Numbered from the whole stretch's first letter, positions 24,703 to 37,674 are shown. The stretch is DNA of 63,582 nucleotides, filler included, from Chiloscyllium plagiosum (GCF_004010195.1; 6 parts of one record of this genome joined end to end with filler, not necessarily neighbours in it); one strand, 5' to 3'. Notes: generated by a model from the sequence alone, not told the origin. Numbers and translations are program-made.

Positions 24703-26330
24703 TTAGATTAGAGTGGTGCTGGAAAAGCACAGCAGCTCAGGCAGCATCCGAGGAGCAGGAAAATCGGCGTTTCGGGCAAAAGCCCTTCATCAGGAATAGA
24801 GGCAGGAAGCCTCCAGGATGGAGAGATAAATGGAGTGGGGTGGGGTTGGGGAGAAGGTAGCAAAGAGTACAATCGGTGAATGGGGATGGGGATGGAGGTG
24901 ATAGATTAGATTACTTACAGTGATAGGTCAGAGGGGAGGGTGGCGCGGATAGGTGGGAAGGGAGATTGGCAGGTAGGACAGGTCATGAGGGCGGTGCTGA
25001 GCTCGAAGGTTGGAACTAGGGTGAGGTGGGGGGAGGGGAAATGAGGAAACTGTTGAAATCCACATTGATACCCTGGGGTTGAAGTGTTCCGAGGCGGAAG
25101 GTGAGGCATTCTCCCTCCAAACGTCTGGTGGTGAGGGAGCGGCGGTGGAGGCGGCCAAGAACCTGCATGTCCTCGGCAGAGTGGGAGGGGGAGTTGAAAT
25201 GTTGGACCGCGGGGCGATGGGGTAGATTGGTGCAAGTGTTCTGGAGATGTTCCCTAAAGCGTTCTGTGAGGAGGCGTCCAGTCTCCCCAATGTACAGGAG
25301 ACTGCATCAGGAGCAACGGATACAATAAATGATATTGGTGGATGTGCAGGTGAAACTTTGATGGATGTGGAAGGCTTCTTTTGGGCCTTGGAAGGTGAGG
25401 GAGGGGGTGTGGGCACAGGTTTTGCAATTCCTGNNNNNNNNNNNNNNNNNNNNNNNNNNNNNNNNNNNNNNNNNNNNNNNNNNNNNNNNNNNNNNNNNNN
25501 NNNNNNNNNNNNNNNNNNNNNNNNNNNNNNNNNNNNNNNNNNNNNNNNNNNNNNNNNNNNNNNNNNNNNNNNNNNNNNNNNNNNNNNNNNNNNNNNNNNN
25601 NNNNNNNNNNNNNNNNNNNNNNNNNNNNNNNNNNNNNNNNNNNNNNNNNNNNNNNNNNNNNNNNNNNNNNNNNNNNNNNNNNNNNNNNNNNNNNNNNNNN
25701 NNNNNNNNNNNNNNNNNNNNNNNNNNNNGTCCAGGAGGGGGAGGGAGGTGTCAGAGATGGTCCAGGTAAATTTAAGGTCAGGGTGGAATGTGTTGGTGAA
25801 GTTGATGAATTGCTCAACCTCCTCGCGGGAGCATGAGGTGGCGCCAATGCAGTCATCAATGTAGCGAAGGAAGGGGTGGGGAGTGGTGCCGGTGTAATTA
25901 TGGAAGATCAACTGTTCTATGTAGCCAACAAAGAGACAGGCATATCTGGGGCCCATACGTGTGCCCATGGCTACCCGTTTGGTCTGGAGGAAGTGGGAGG
26001 ATTCAAAGGAGAAATTGTTAAGGGTGAGGACCAGTTCGGCCAAACGAATGAGAGTGTCGGTGGAGGGGTACTGTTGGGAACGTCTGGAGAGGAAAAAACG
26101 GAGGGCTTGGAGGCCCTGGTCATGGCGGATGGAAGTGTAGAGGGATTGGATATCCATGGTGAAGATGAGGCATTGGGGACCGGGAAAACGGAAGTCTTGG
26201 AGGAGGTGGAGGGCGTGAGTGGTGTCTCGAACGTATGTGGGGAGTTCCTGGACTAGGGGGGATAGGACAGTCCCGGCAGCAGTTGGAAATGAAGAGGTCG
26301 AGGGCAGGTAATAGGCCAGCGCGGGGTGTC
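24703..26330 (-). mobile_element. Penelope-like element (RT plus GIY-YIG plus terminal repeat), gapped
   Basis: MDIQSLYTSIRH...LTLNNFSF...AMGTRMGPRYACLFVG...LRYIDD on the minus strand, a GIY-YIG region near 25230-25340, and the terminal repeat at 24703-24800. Confidence 0.92.
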
Positions 26331-28124
26331 GGGTCTACATAAGGATTAGGAATCGGTGCAGACTTGGTGGGCTGAAGAGCCTGCTCCTGTGCTGTACTGA
26401 ATTGTATAACTCACACATCAAATCAGAGGTTTCGCTTCCCTAACCCTCCGATCGTAACCCGATTTTATAATACATTAATACCAAAAATTGACAAGTTTCC
26501 TAATAACTCCACTCTCACATCAAAACCATTTTCTAGTAAAGTACTTTCACACTGAAACACAAATTTCTAACAGTCTGACCCTCACATCGAAGCAGTTTAC
26601 TAATACCCTGACTTATACAATTCACAAGAAAGCCACTTCCATGTGAGTTAGGATGTTAATAAATGGTCTCAATGTGAGAATTCAAGAACTAGATAATGTT
26701 TAATATCAAAAAACAAACCAGTTTAGAAAAACAGTCACAGGACTGAAAACAGGTTCCTAATCCCCTGTCTCTCTCACTAAAACAAGGTTTCCTTGTACAA
26801 TAACTCTGCTACAGTGCACTCACATTCCTCTCTTGATAATCCAATGTCTAGCCTCCTTAACCTGGGATGCTCACTCCTGTCCTAACCTTGTGCTTATTGG
26901 AAGCTCATTGTGTCAGTAATCCTTGTGAATGACACTATTCCCACCCCGTCTGTACCTTGGAGAATGGAGGACCTCCATTTCCAAATGCTACTTTATTTCC
27001 TTTGATTCTGGACTGGAATCATTCACATGGTGTCTCCACAGCCTCAGACCTGCTGAGTTCCTCCAGCATTGTCTCTGTTTATTACTTGGTTTGATCTATT
27101 TTTTTCATGCCTGCACCTGCCAGGTTCCAGAGGAATATGAGGAAATGGCCTGATTTCAAGGCCTCACCTTGTTTGGAATCACTGCTCGCCCAGTTCAGGG
27201 ACCATCAGAGGTGTAGCGAACAATCCATACACCTGAGCAGGCCTGAGGCCTGTGTTGTCCTCCATGCTAGACCTCCGGCTTGGTCCCAGTTATACCCCAG
27301 AAAGCCCAAGGAGCAAAACATCAGGAGGCTGGTCATCACACAGAGACCTTCAGGTGAGACTGGGCCTGATGGGAAGTGGGCAGCCTGCTGATAGAGAGCT
27401 TTGGGAATATAGTCACGGGTAACCCCCAGACTAGGTAACGATGTAATAAAATTCTTTCGCTCAAGAACATGAGGTTGGAGCTGATGGATAATCTACAACT
27501 TCAGGAGTACTTTTACTGAAACAATCCTTTTAATTTCCAAACTTAGCAAAGCAAGAATTGAAATTCTCAAATGCAGGGAGTGGGAACTGAAGTTCCGTTT
27601 ACCTTGATCTGTGATTCAATACGTGGAAGGGTAGTGGAAAATCCTGCATCAGTAATTGGGAAAAGGAAAGTTAACGAGAAAGCTTGGCAGGATTTTAGAG
27701 AAAGTGTTGGGGAGTGGGATTAATTAGATAGCAGACACAGACATAATGGGGTGAATGGCCTGTGTTTGCTAATGTGTACTAGATGGAGTGATGTAAACAC
27801 AACAGCACTGCCCTGCAGACTGGGACGTTAGTGGTACTTTCAAAGGCAGAAACACACAAGTGGCTGAGTGCATTAAATCATTCCATTTCCGTTCAGGGCA
27901 ACGTTTCCCACATTCCTGATCCCCTGTTAACTCACCTCTCCATCATCCGTCAGGAGACTGTGAAGGTGCTGATCACTCTCTTCAGTGGCGGCACATAGAA
28001 ACAGATTAGAACAGAGAATCAGAGAATCACACTGCACTGGAGGAGGCCATTCTGTCCATCATACCTGTCTCAATGCTTATAGCTAATGGTCCAGTCAGTC
28101 GGTGCTCTCTGACCTCTCACCACC

Positions 28125-28445
28125 TTATCGAGGTTTATAAAATCATGAGGGGCATGGATAGGATAAGTAGATAAGGTCTTTTCCCCAGGGTGGGGGAATC
28201 CAGAACTAGAGGGTATAGGTTTAGGGTGAGAGGGGAAAAATATAAAAGAGACCTAAGGGGCAACCTTTTCACACAGAGGGTGGTACGTGTATGGAATGAG
28301 ATGCCAGAGGATGTGGTGGAGGCTGGTACAATTACACCATTTAAAAGGCATCTGGATGGGTATATGAATTGGAAGAGTTTAGCGGGATATGGGCCAAATG
28401 CTGGCAAATGGGAATAGATTAGGTTGGGCCTGGACGGGTTGGACC
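28125..28445 (+). mobile_element. CR1 3' end
   Basis: GESRTRGYRFRVRGEKYKRDLRGNLFTQRVVRVWNEMPEDVVEAG. Confidence 0.9.
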
Positions 28446-28479
28446 TGCTGTGCTTTTTCCAATGTCACGCTTTATCGAA

Positions 28480-29035
28480 TGTCTATCACCTCCTGACTCC
28501 CCAAAGCCTTTCCACCACCTACAAGGCACAAGTCAGGAGGGGTTGGAATACTCCCCACTTGCCTGGATGGGGGCAGCTCCAACAACACTCAAGAAGCTCG
28601 ACACCATCCAGGACAAAGCAGCCCAGCACCACATCCACAAGCATCCCCTCCCTCCACCACCGACGCTCAGTAACAGCAGGGGGGACCATCTACAAGATGC
28701 CCTGCAGGAATTCACCAAAGATCCTCAGACAGCACCTTCCAAACCCACGACCATTTCCATCGAGAAGGACAAAGACAGCATGGGACAACATCTCCTGCAG
28801 GTTCCCATCCAAGCCACTCACCATCCTGACTTGGAAATATATCGCCGTTCCTTCACTGTCACTGGGTCAAAATCCTGGAATTCCCTCCCTCAGGGCATTG
28901 TGGGTCAACCCACAGCACATGGACTGCAGCGGTTCAAGAAGGCAGCTCACCCCCACCTTCTCAAGGGGCAATTAGGGACAGGCAATAAATACTGGGCCCA
29001 GCCAGTGACACCCAAAGTCCTGTAAACCATTAAAA
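28480..29035 (+). mobile_element. 3' end of a second LINE family (CR1/L2 group)
   Basis: LEYSPLAWMGAAPTTLKKLDTIQDKA...RSFTVTGSKSWNSLP. Related fragments occur at 3640-4115 and 11555-11765. Confidence 0.85.
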
Positions 29036-30929
29036 CAAATTCCCTCTGGAGTCATAGAGTCGTAGAGTCATACAGATGTACAGTACGGAAACTTACCTTT
29101 TCGTCTAACTCGTCCATGCCGACCAGATATCCCAATCCAATCTAGTCCCACCTGCCAGCACCCGGACCATATCCCTCCAAACCCATCATTCCAGAAACCC
29201 GGCATATGTCTCTGAAGTGGGGCTTGACTCCCTCTGGTTCATGGAGGGAGCACTGTCCGCTGAGACACAGTGCCTAATTGGATGCTGACAGGAGAGTGAA
29301 TGTCACAGAGTGACGTTGACCAATCGGTTTCCTAAACAAGTAAGCTCCTACCTCATTAGGAGCTCATTGTCAGCCTGCAGATAGGCCCTGTGCTCCATCC
29401 TCAGAACCTAGGCTGTGGGCCCAGCATGATTTACAGTTACTGAGGGGGCCACGTGTCAGGAGGAAGCTGAAGGAAAGGAACAAGCTGGTGCAGAACATTC
29501 CCATAAATGTGTTGAGCAACGCAATGTTTTCACTTTGTTTTTCAAGCATTAAGGAACAAGAAGTATGATCAGCATCCTGGAGTTTCCCATTGACCAGAAA
29601 CTCAACTCTCTTGGCCATGTTAATACTTTCGGGACAAGGGCAGGTCAGAGCCACACAGTCACAGAGCGGTACAGCACGGAAACCATTGAATGTCAAGGGG
29701 CTGGTAACTAGATTCGATAAAGTGTGACATTGGAAAAAGCGCAGCATCAGGGGAGCAGGAGAGTCAACATTTCGGGCAGGACCCTTCAGAATGTCTATTA
29801 TTGGAGATGGTCATTTCCTGGCATTTGGGTGGACGGGGTGATCTGACCATTTATTAATCAAATCTGAATATTGCTAAGGTCTTGCATTTTGGAGATGAGT
29901 TAATTGACCTCCAGCCATCTTCCGATATGCCAGTGATGATTGCAATCAGTAGAGAGTTTGCCCCCTCCCCGGTACCCATTGATGCCAGTTTTGCCTGGGC
30001 ACCTTGATGTTAAATGTGGCCTGGATGACCAGGACTGTCACTGCTTCCACCATCTCCTCTGGCATCACGCCCCAGACACTCACCACCCTTTGTGTAAAAC
30101 ACTGCTTCATAGATCTCTTACAAACTACCCCCCCCACCCACCTCACACCTTGAACCTGCGTCCCTCTCCCCTCCCCTCTGGAATTCAGTTCTCTTGGCCA
30201 TGTTTGAGCCAATGCTGTAATGAGATCAGGAGCTGAGTGGCGGAATACAGACTGGGCATCAGTGAGCGGATTATTTGCTAAATGGGGATCAAGTAAAGCA
30301 GTAGTCCATGTCCTGAGCCCTGGGAAATCCCACATTATAGCTTCCTCCTTTGGTCTGAGTAATCACTCTCAGTACTTTTGATCAGATCTGACCGAAGGGC
30401 ACGATTGAAACAAGAACTCTCTCTCTCTCTCTCTCTTTCTTCACACTTGCTAAGTATTCCCAGCATGTTATGTTTAATTTCGTTGCTCACTGCTGATTAT
30501 GTCATGTCACTCCCTTGACTTCAGAAACATGATGCCACTCTCCTTATTGTTCCATGGACTTCAACTCTGCCTACAAACCAATGGCATAGCTATTACTAAA
30601 TTGTCTTTTAAAAGTCCATATTACTTGCTAAAAGACCTCCGCTGACAGTGGTACCTACCACCCTCTCTGTAAATAACCTACCTGACGTATCTCCTTTAAC
30701 ATCAGGATATAATCACACAACATCAGGATATAGTCCAACAGGTTTATTTGGGACTTGTACTTTCAAGTAAACCTGTTGGACTATAACCTGGTATTGCGTG
30801 ATTTTTAACTTTGTCACCCCAGCCCAACATAGATCATAGTCCTTGTTTGCTATGATCTGCCTATACTGCTCACAAAACAAAACTTTTGACTGTACTTAGG
30901 TGCATGCGACTATAATCAATCAAATCAAA

Positions 30930-31790
30930 TCAACATCTTTCCTTTAGTGCAGTGACCAGAACTGTACCCAATACTCTAAAGTGGCCTTATTAGAGTCTTG
31001 TACAGCTGCAACACAACATGCCAACTTTTATACTTAATGCCCTGATCAATGAAGGCAAGCATGCCATCTTTACCACCCTATCCACTTGTGCTGTCGCTTT
31101 CTGGGAGCTCTGGACTCGCACCCCAAGATCCCTCTGTATAACTAGGTTCCACACATTTACTGTGTACTTTCCTCTCGTATTTGATCTCCCAAAATGCTTC
31201 ACTTCACTCTTGCCCAGATTAAACTCCATCTGCCATTTATCCACCCAATTTTCCAACTGATGCATATCCTGTTATGCCCTTTGACAAACCTCCTCACTAT
31301 TTACAACTCTATTTTTATGTCAACCACAAACTTACTAATCAGACCACCTACATTTTCATCTGAATCACTTATAAATGTTACGAACAACAGGGGTTCCAGC
31401 GCCAATCCCAATGGAACACCGCTGGTCACAGATCTCCAGTCGGATAAAGACACACTCCACAATTCCCCTCTGCCTTCTGGGACAAAGCCAGTTCTTTATC
31501 CACCTTGCCAGCTCACCACAGATCCCATGTGACTTCACTTTATGTATCAGCCTGCCATGACGGACCTTGTCAAATTCTTTAGTTAGTTGGTGTAGACAAT
31601 ATTCATACCGGCAATCTCTCATCACTCACCTTCATCACTTCCTTAAAAAAAAACACCATCAAATTTGTGAGACAAGACTTCCCCTGAACAAAACCATGCT
31701 GATTATCCCAGATAAGTATACTTCTGTTCAGTAAATCCTACTCCAATAATTATCCTCTCGCTGATATAAAGCTCCTCTATAAACTGCAAT
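30930..31790 (-). mobile_element. Decayed CR1 RT fragment
   Basis: WVDKWQMEFNLGKSEVKHFGR and [30 protein letters not shown]. Confidence 0.88.
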
Positions 31791-32380
31791 GGTTTTATCA
31801 AGCATGACTGCTCTTTCATATGCCCGTGCTGACTCTGTCTGGCGCTGTCCTGTTAAGTTCAGGAGTTGGAGTGAGTGCTTACTCCATTCAGACAGTGACA
31901 GGCCTGGCCTTACAGAACCAGGACATAAATCAGACTGAACTTATCAGCAAGAGCCTCTCCGATCAGACTTCAGACAATGCTGGAACACTCTCACAATCAG
32001 CAGCAGAGCAGCGAGTGAGTGTAGAGATCATCCTCAGAAAGAGAGATCAGCCTCAATCTTCCACAGTAACCCAGTGCTGTTTCTGTCCAGTCCCTGAGAG
32101 AGAGGTAAAACAGTGTACAGGTACCTGAGAGTCGTGGTGAGTTGGCATGCTCTATAATCCAACCACAACCAACGCTATCCATGGCAGCCCCATCAAACAA
32201 AATCTGGAAAAGGGACTGAGGCGGCTGGGCCACACAAGTAAAAGTTAGAAGCATGCAAATTTCAAGGAAGTGAAAGTAGGAATTTATAAATTAAGCGGTC
32301 ACCAATTCTGACAGAACGAAAGGAGGACAGAGTAACTACACAGCTCAGAGACAGAGGATGACAGATGCAGATAAATGTTA

Positions 32381-35281
32381 ATTACACTGTTCCCACAGAC
32401 AGAGGGATAACACAGTGTGAAATTACACTGTTCCCAGAGACAGAGAGATAACACAGTGTAAAATTACACTGTTCCCAGAGACAGAGGGATAACACAGTGT
32501 GAAATTACACTGTTCCCACAGACAGAGATAACACAGTGTGAAATTACACTGTTTCCACAGACAGAGAAATTACACTGTTCCCACAGACAGAGATAACACA
32601 GTGTGAAATTACACTGTTCCCACAGACAGAGATAACACAGTGTGAAATTACACTGTTCCCACAGACAGAGATAACACAGTGTGAAATTACACTGTTCCCA
32701 CAGACAGAGATAACACAGTGTGAAATTACACTGTTCCCACAGACAGAGATAACACAGTGTGAAATTACACTGTTCCCACAGACAGAGATAACACAGTGTG
32801 AAATTACACTGTTCCCACAGACAGAGATAACACAGTGTGAAATTACACTGTTCCCACAGACAGAGATAACACAGTGTGAAATTACACTGTTCCCACAGAC
32901 AGAGATAACACAGTGTGAAATTACACTGTTCCCACAGACAGAGATAACACAGTGTGAAATTACACTGTTCCCACAGACAGAGATAACACAGTGTGAAATT
33001 ACACTGTTCCCACAGACAGAGATAACACAGTGTGAAATTACACTGTTCCCACAGACAGAGATAACACAGTGTGAAATTACACTGTTCCCACAGACAGAGA
33101 TAACACAGTGTGAAATTACACTGTTCCCACAGACAGAGATAACACAGTGTGAAATTACACTGTTCCCACAGACAGAGATAACACAGTGTGAAATTACACT
33201 GTTCCCACAGACAGAGATAACACAGTGTGAAATTACACTGTTCCCACAGACAGAGATAACACAGTGTGAAATTACACTGTTCCCACAGACAGAGATAACA
33301 CAGTGTGAAATTACACTGTTCCCACAGACAGAGATAACACAGTGTGAAATTACACTGTTCCCACAGACAGAGATAACACAGTGTGAAATTACACTGTTCC
33401 CACAGACAGAGATAACACAGTGTGAAATTACACTGTTCCCACAGACAGAGATAACACAGTGTGAAATTACACTGTTCCCACAGACAGAGATAACACAGTG
33501 TGAAATTACACTGTTCCCACAGACAGAGATAACACAGTGTGAAATTACACTGTTCCCACAGACAGAGATAACACAGTGTGAAATTACACTGTTCCCACAG
33601 ACAGAGATAACACAGTGTGAAATTACACTGTTCCCACAGACAGAGATAACACAGTGTGAAATTACACTGTTCCCACAGACAGAGATAACACAGTGTGAAA
33701 TTACACTGTTCCCACAGACAGAGATAACACAGTGTGAAATTACACTGTTCCCACAGACAGAGATAACACAGTGTGAAATTACACTGTTCCCACAGACAGA
33801 GATAACACAGTGTGAAATTACACTGTTCCCACAGACAGAGATAACACAGTGTGAAATTACACTGTTCCCACAGACAGAGATAACACAGTGTGAAATTACA
33901 CTGTTCCCACAGACAGAGATAACACAGTGTGAAATTACACTGTTCCCACAGACAGAGATAACACAGTGTGAAATTACACTGTTCCCACAGACAGAGATAA
34001 CACAGTGTGAAATTACACTGTTCCCACAGACAGAGATAACACAGTGTGAAATTACACTGTTTCCACAGACAGAGATAACACAGTGTGAAATTACACTGTT
34101 TCCACAGACAGAGATAACACAGTGTGAAATTACACTGTTTCCACAGACAGAGATAACACAGTGTGAAATTACACTGTTTCCACAGACAGAGATAACACAG
34201 TGTGAAATTACACTGTTTCCACAGACAGAGATAACACAGTGTGAAATTACACTGTTCCCACAGACAGAGACATAACACAGTGTGAAATTATACTGTTCCC
34301 ACAGACAGAGATAACACAGTGTGAAATTACACTGTTCCCACAGACAGAGACATAACACAGTGTGAAATTATACTGTTCCCACAGACAGAGATAACACAGT
34401 GTGAAATTACACTGTTCCCACAGACAGAGACATAACACAGTGTGAAATTATACTGTTCCCACAGACAGAGATAACACAGTGTGAAATTACACTGTTCCCA
34501 CAGACAGAGACATAACACAGTGTGAAATTATACTGTTCCCACAGACAGAGATAACACAGTGTGAAATTACACTGTTCCCACAGACAGAGAGATAACACAG
34601 TGTGAAATTACACTGTTCCCACAGACAGAGATAACACAGTGTGAAATTACACTGTTTCCACAGACAGAGATAACACAGTGTGAAATTACACTGTTCCCAC
34701 AGACAGGGAGATAACACAGTGTGAAATTACACTGTTCCCACAGACAGAGACATAACACAGTGTGAAATTATACTGTTCCCACAGACAGAGATAACACAGT
34801 GTGAAATTACACTGTTCCCACAGACAGAGAGATAACACAGTGTGAAATTACACTGTTCCCACAGACAGAGAGATAACACAGTGTGAAATTACACTGTTCC
34901 CACAGACAGAGACATAACACAGTGTGAAATTACACTGTTCCCACAGACAGAGATAACACAGTGTGAAATTACACTGTTCCCACAGACAGAGAGATAACAC
35001 AGTGTGAAATTACACTGTTCCCACAGACAGAGAGATAACACAGTGTGAAATTACACTGTGCCCAGAGACAGAGGGATAACACAGTGTGAAATTACACTGT
35101 TCCCAGAGACAGAGATAACACAGTGTGAAATTACACTGTTCCCACAGACAGAGATAACAGTGTGAAATTACACTGTGCCCAGAGACAGAGGGATAACACA
35201 GTGTGAAGTTACACTGTTCCCACAGACAGAGAGATAACACAGTGTGAAATTACACTGTGCCCAGAGACAGAGGGATAACAT
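32381..35281. repeat. 39-bp minisatellite, about 74 copies, with 41-bp variants towards the 3' end
   Basis: Unit aattacactgttcccacagacagagataacacagtgtga, near-identical from about 32570 to 34040. Confidence 0.98.
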
Positions 35282-36237
35282 GTCTGACCCTATGATGGTG
35301 AGTAGGTCATTGATGATGCAGCTGAAGATGGCAGGGCCTAGAATCCTGAGGAACTCCTGCAGAGTTGTCCTGGAGCTGAGATGACTGACCTCCAGCAACC
35401 ACAACCATCATCCTATGTGTCCGGTATAACTCTAACCAGCAGAGAGTTTGCCTCTGATACCTATTGACTCCTGTTTTGTTAGGGCTCCTCAATGCCACAC
35501 TTGGCCGAATGCAGCCTTGATGTCAAGGGCTGTCCCTCTCCCCTCCCCTCTGGAGTTCAGCCCTTTTGTCCATGTTTGAACCAAGGCTGTAATGAGGTCA
35601 GGAGCTGAGTGACCCTGGTGGAACCCACACTGGGTGTCACTGAACAGCCTATTGCTATGTAATACACTACACAGCACTAACCATCTGGATGAAGGAACTG
35701 AGGGCATTCTGGTTAAGTTTGCAGATGATACAAAGGTAGGTAGAGGGACAGGTAGCACTGAGGAGGAAGGGAGGCTGCAGAAGGATTTGGACGGGTTAGG
35801 AGAGTGGGCAAAGAAGTGACAGATGGAGTATAACGTGGGAAAGTTGAAGACATGCACCTTAGTAGGAAGAATAGAGGCATGGACTGTTTACCAAATGGGG
35901 AGATACTCAGAAGTCTGAAGTGCAAAGAGACTTGGGAGTCCTAGTCCAGGATTCTCTCAAGATAAACTTGCAGGTTGAGTCAGTAGTTAGGAAAGCAAAT
36001 GCAACAATGTCATTTATTTTGAGAGGACTTCACTCTGGCATCATCTCCACGATGCTGCCAGACCTGCTGAGCTTTTCCAGCAACTTCTGTTTTAGTCTCT
36101 GATTTACAACACCTGCAGTTCTTTTTGGGTTTTCTTTAATTAAGGACCTGTCTACGCCCCCCCCCCCCCCCCCCGCAGGCGGTTGTAAGTCGGTCACTAT
36201 TTCAAAAAGAGCGAGGGAGATCCCACAGAGTCCAGAC

Positions 36238-36530
36238 AGCATAGCGGCTCAGTGGTTAGCACTGCTGCCTCACAGCACCAGGGTCCCAGGTTCGATTCCG
36301 GCCTTGGGTGACTGCCTGTGTGGAGTTTGCACATTCTCCCCGTGTCTGCGTGGGTTTCCTCCCACAATCCAAAGATGTGCAGGTTAGATAAACTGTCCAT
36401 AGTATTAGGTGCATTAGTCAGGGGTGAATATAGGGTAGGGGAATGGATCTGGGTGGGTTACTCTTCGGACGGCTGGTGTGGACTTGTTGGGCCGAAGGGC
36501 CTGTTTCCACACTGTAGGGAATCTAATCTG
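36238..36530 (+). mobile_element. HE1-type V-SINE with an internal deletion
   Basis: Same head, V-domain and tail as the copy at 24222. Confidence 0.88.
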
Positions 36531-37510
36531 ATATTTATCCATCCTATCCAATCACTGTCCTCCTGCTGTTTGTGGGATCAAGCAGAACCAGGAGATCTGA
36601 AACAAATCGAAGAGAAATCGCTGGAGAAACTCAGCAGGTCTGGCAGCATCTGTAAGAGAGAGAGAGAAAAACAGAGTTAACGTTTCGGGTCCAGTGACTC
36701 TCCATTAGAACTCTGTTTGTGGGAGTTTGCTGACCACAGATTTCCTGAGACGGTTGCTTGTGAAGGGTTTTGGGATAGCGAGAGGTCATGACAGACGCTG
36801 TAAGTGAGCCTGTTCCTCGTTCTTGCTCACAGTGATCTTTGTTCCTGCTTTCAGAAACCCATACAGGACGCTCCGCAAGGTGAGAGCTGCTGATGTGGAA
36901 GTGGTGAATGACAGATTTAGTTGAATAAAGAAGTGACAGAGAGCAGCTTAACCAACCTCACGTCAGGCTGTTGTTAATTAGAAATACCGGGTTAGGCCTG
37001 AGATGGTGATGCTGCGGGAGTTATTATCGTGAGAGGCACAAAATGGTCTCAGCTCCAACAAATTACCAGAAACTGCACTGCAGGAACAGTAGGAGGCCAT
37101 TCAGCCCCTCCAGGCTGTTACACAGGGACAGCAGGAGGCCATTCAGCCCATCAAGGCTCGTCCACATAAAAGCAGGAGGCCATTCAGCCCTTCAGGGACT
37201 GTTACACAGGAATAACCCTCAAGGCTGTTTTACACACACACACACACACACACAAACACACGCACTCCCNNNNNNNNNNNNNNNNNNNNNNNNNNNNNNN
37301 NNNNNNNNNNNNNTTAATTAATTAANNNNNNNNNNNNNNNNNNNNNNNNNNNNNNNNNNNNNNNNNNNNAAGGGGTGTGGGATGAGTGAGGGAAGCAGAC
37401 AGAGGATGTTTCCTGGCCTTGAAGAAGGGGGCAGATTGTCAGCGAGGGAGAGGTAGGGGGTGGGGTGGGGTGGGGTGGGGTGGGGTGGGGTGGGGTTGGG
37501 TGGGAGGTCC

Positions 37511-37674
37511 TCACAGGTGGGTGCTGCTCTCCTCCTTGTTCTCCCGGGACTCCCGCGGATAGAACTCAGACACAATATTCCCCGGAATCCTCTTCAGCAT
37601 CTCCTTCGGGAAAATCCGTAGCAGCTGCCACCCAATGTCCAGGGAATCGAAGATTGACCGGTTCTCATAAGGTC
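37511..37674 (-). CDS. ATP6V1B1: V-type H+-ATPase subunit B, terminal coding exon (B1-like)
   Basis: Acceptor ttctgtctcag, then (G)[53 protein letters not shown]. 164 nt, and the phase matches the upstream exon. The family is certain; B1 versus B2 is inferred from tail length and synteny. Confidence 0.9.

Noticed and set aside
32464..34358. Two 604-aa Cys-rich ORFs
   Set aside because: They are translations of a 39-bp (13-codon) minisatellite that is open in several frames. There is no splice or codon evidence.
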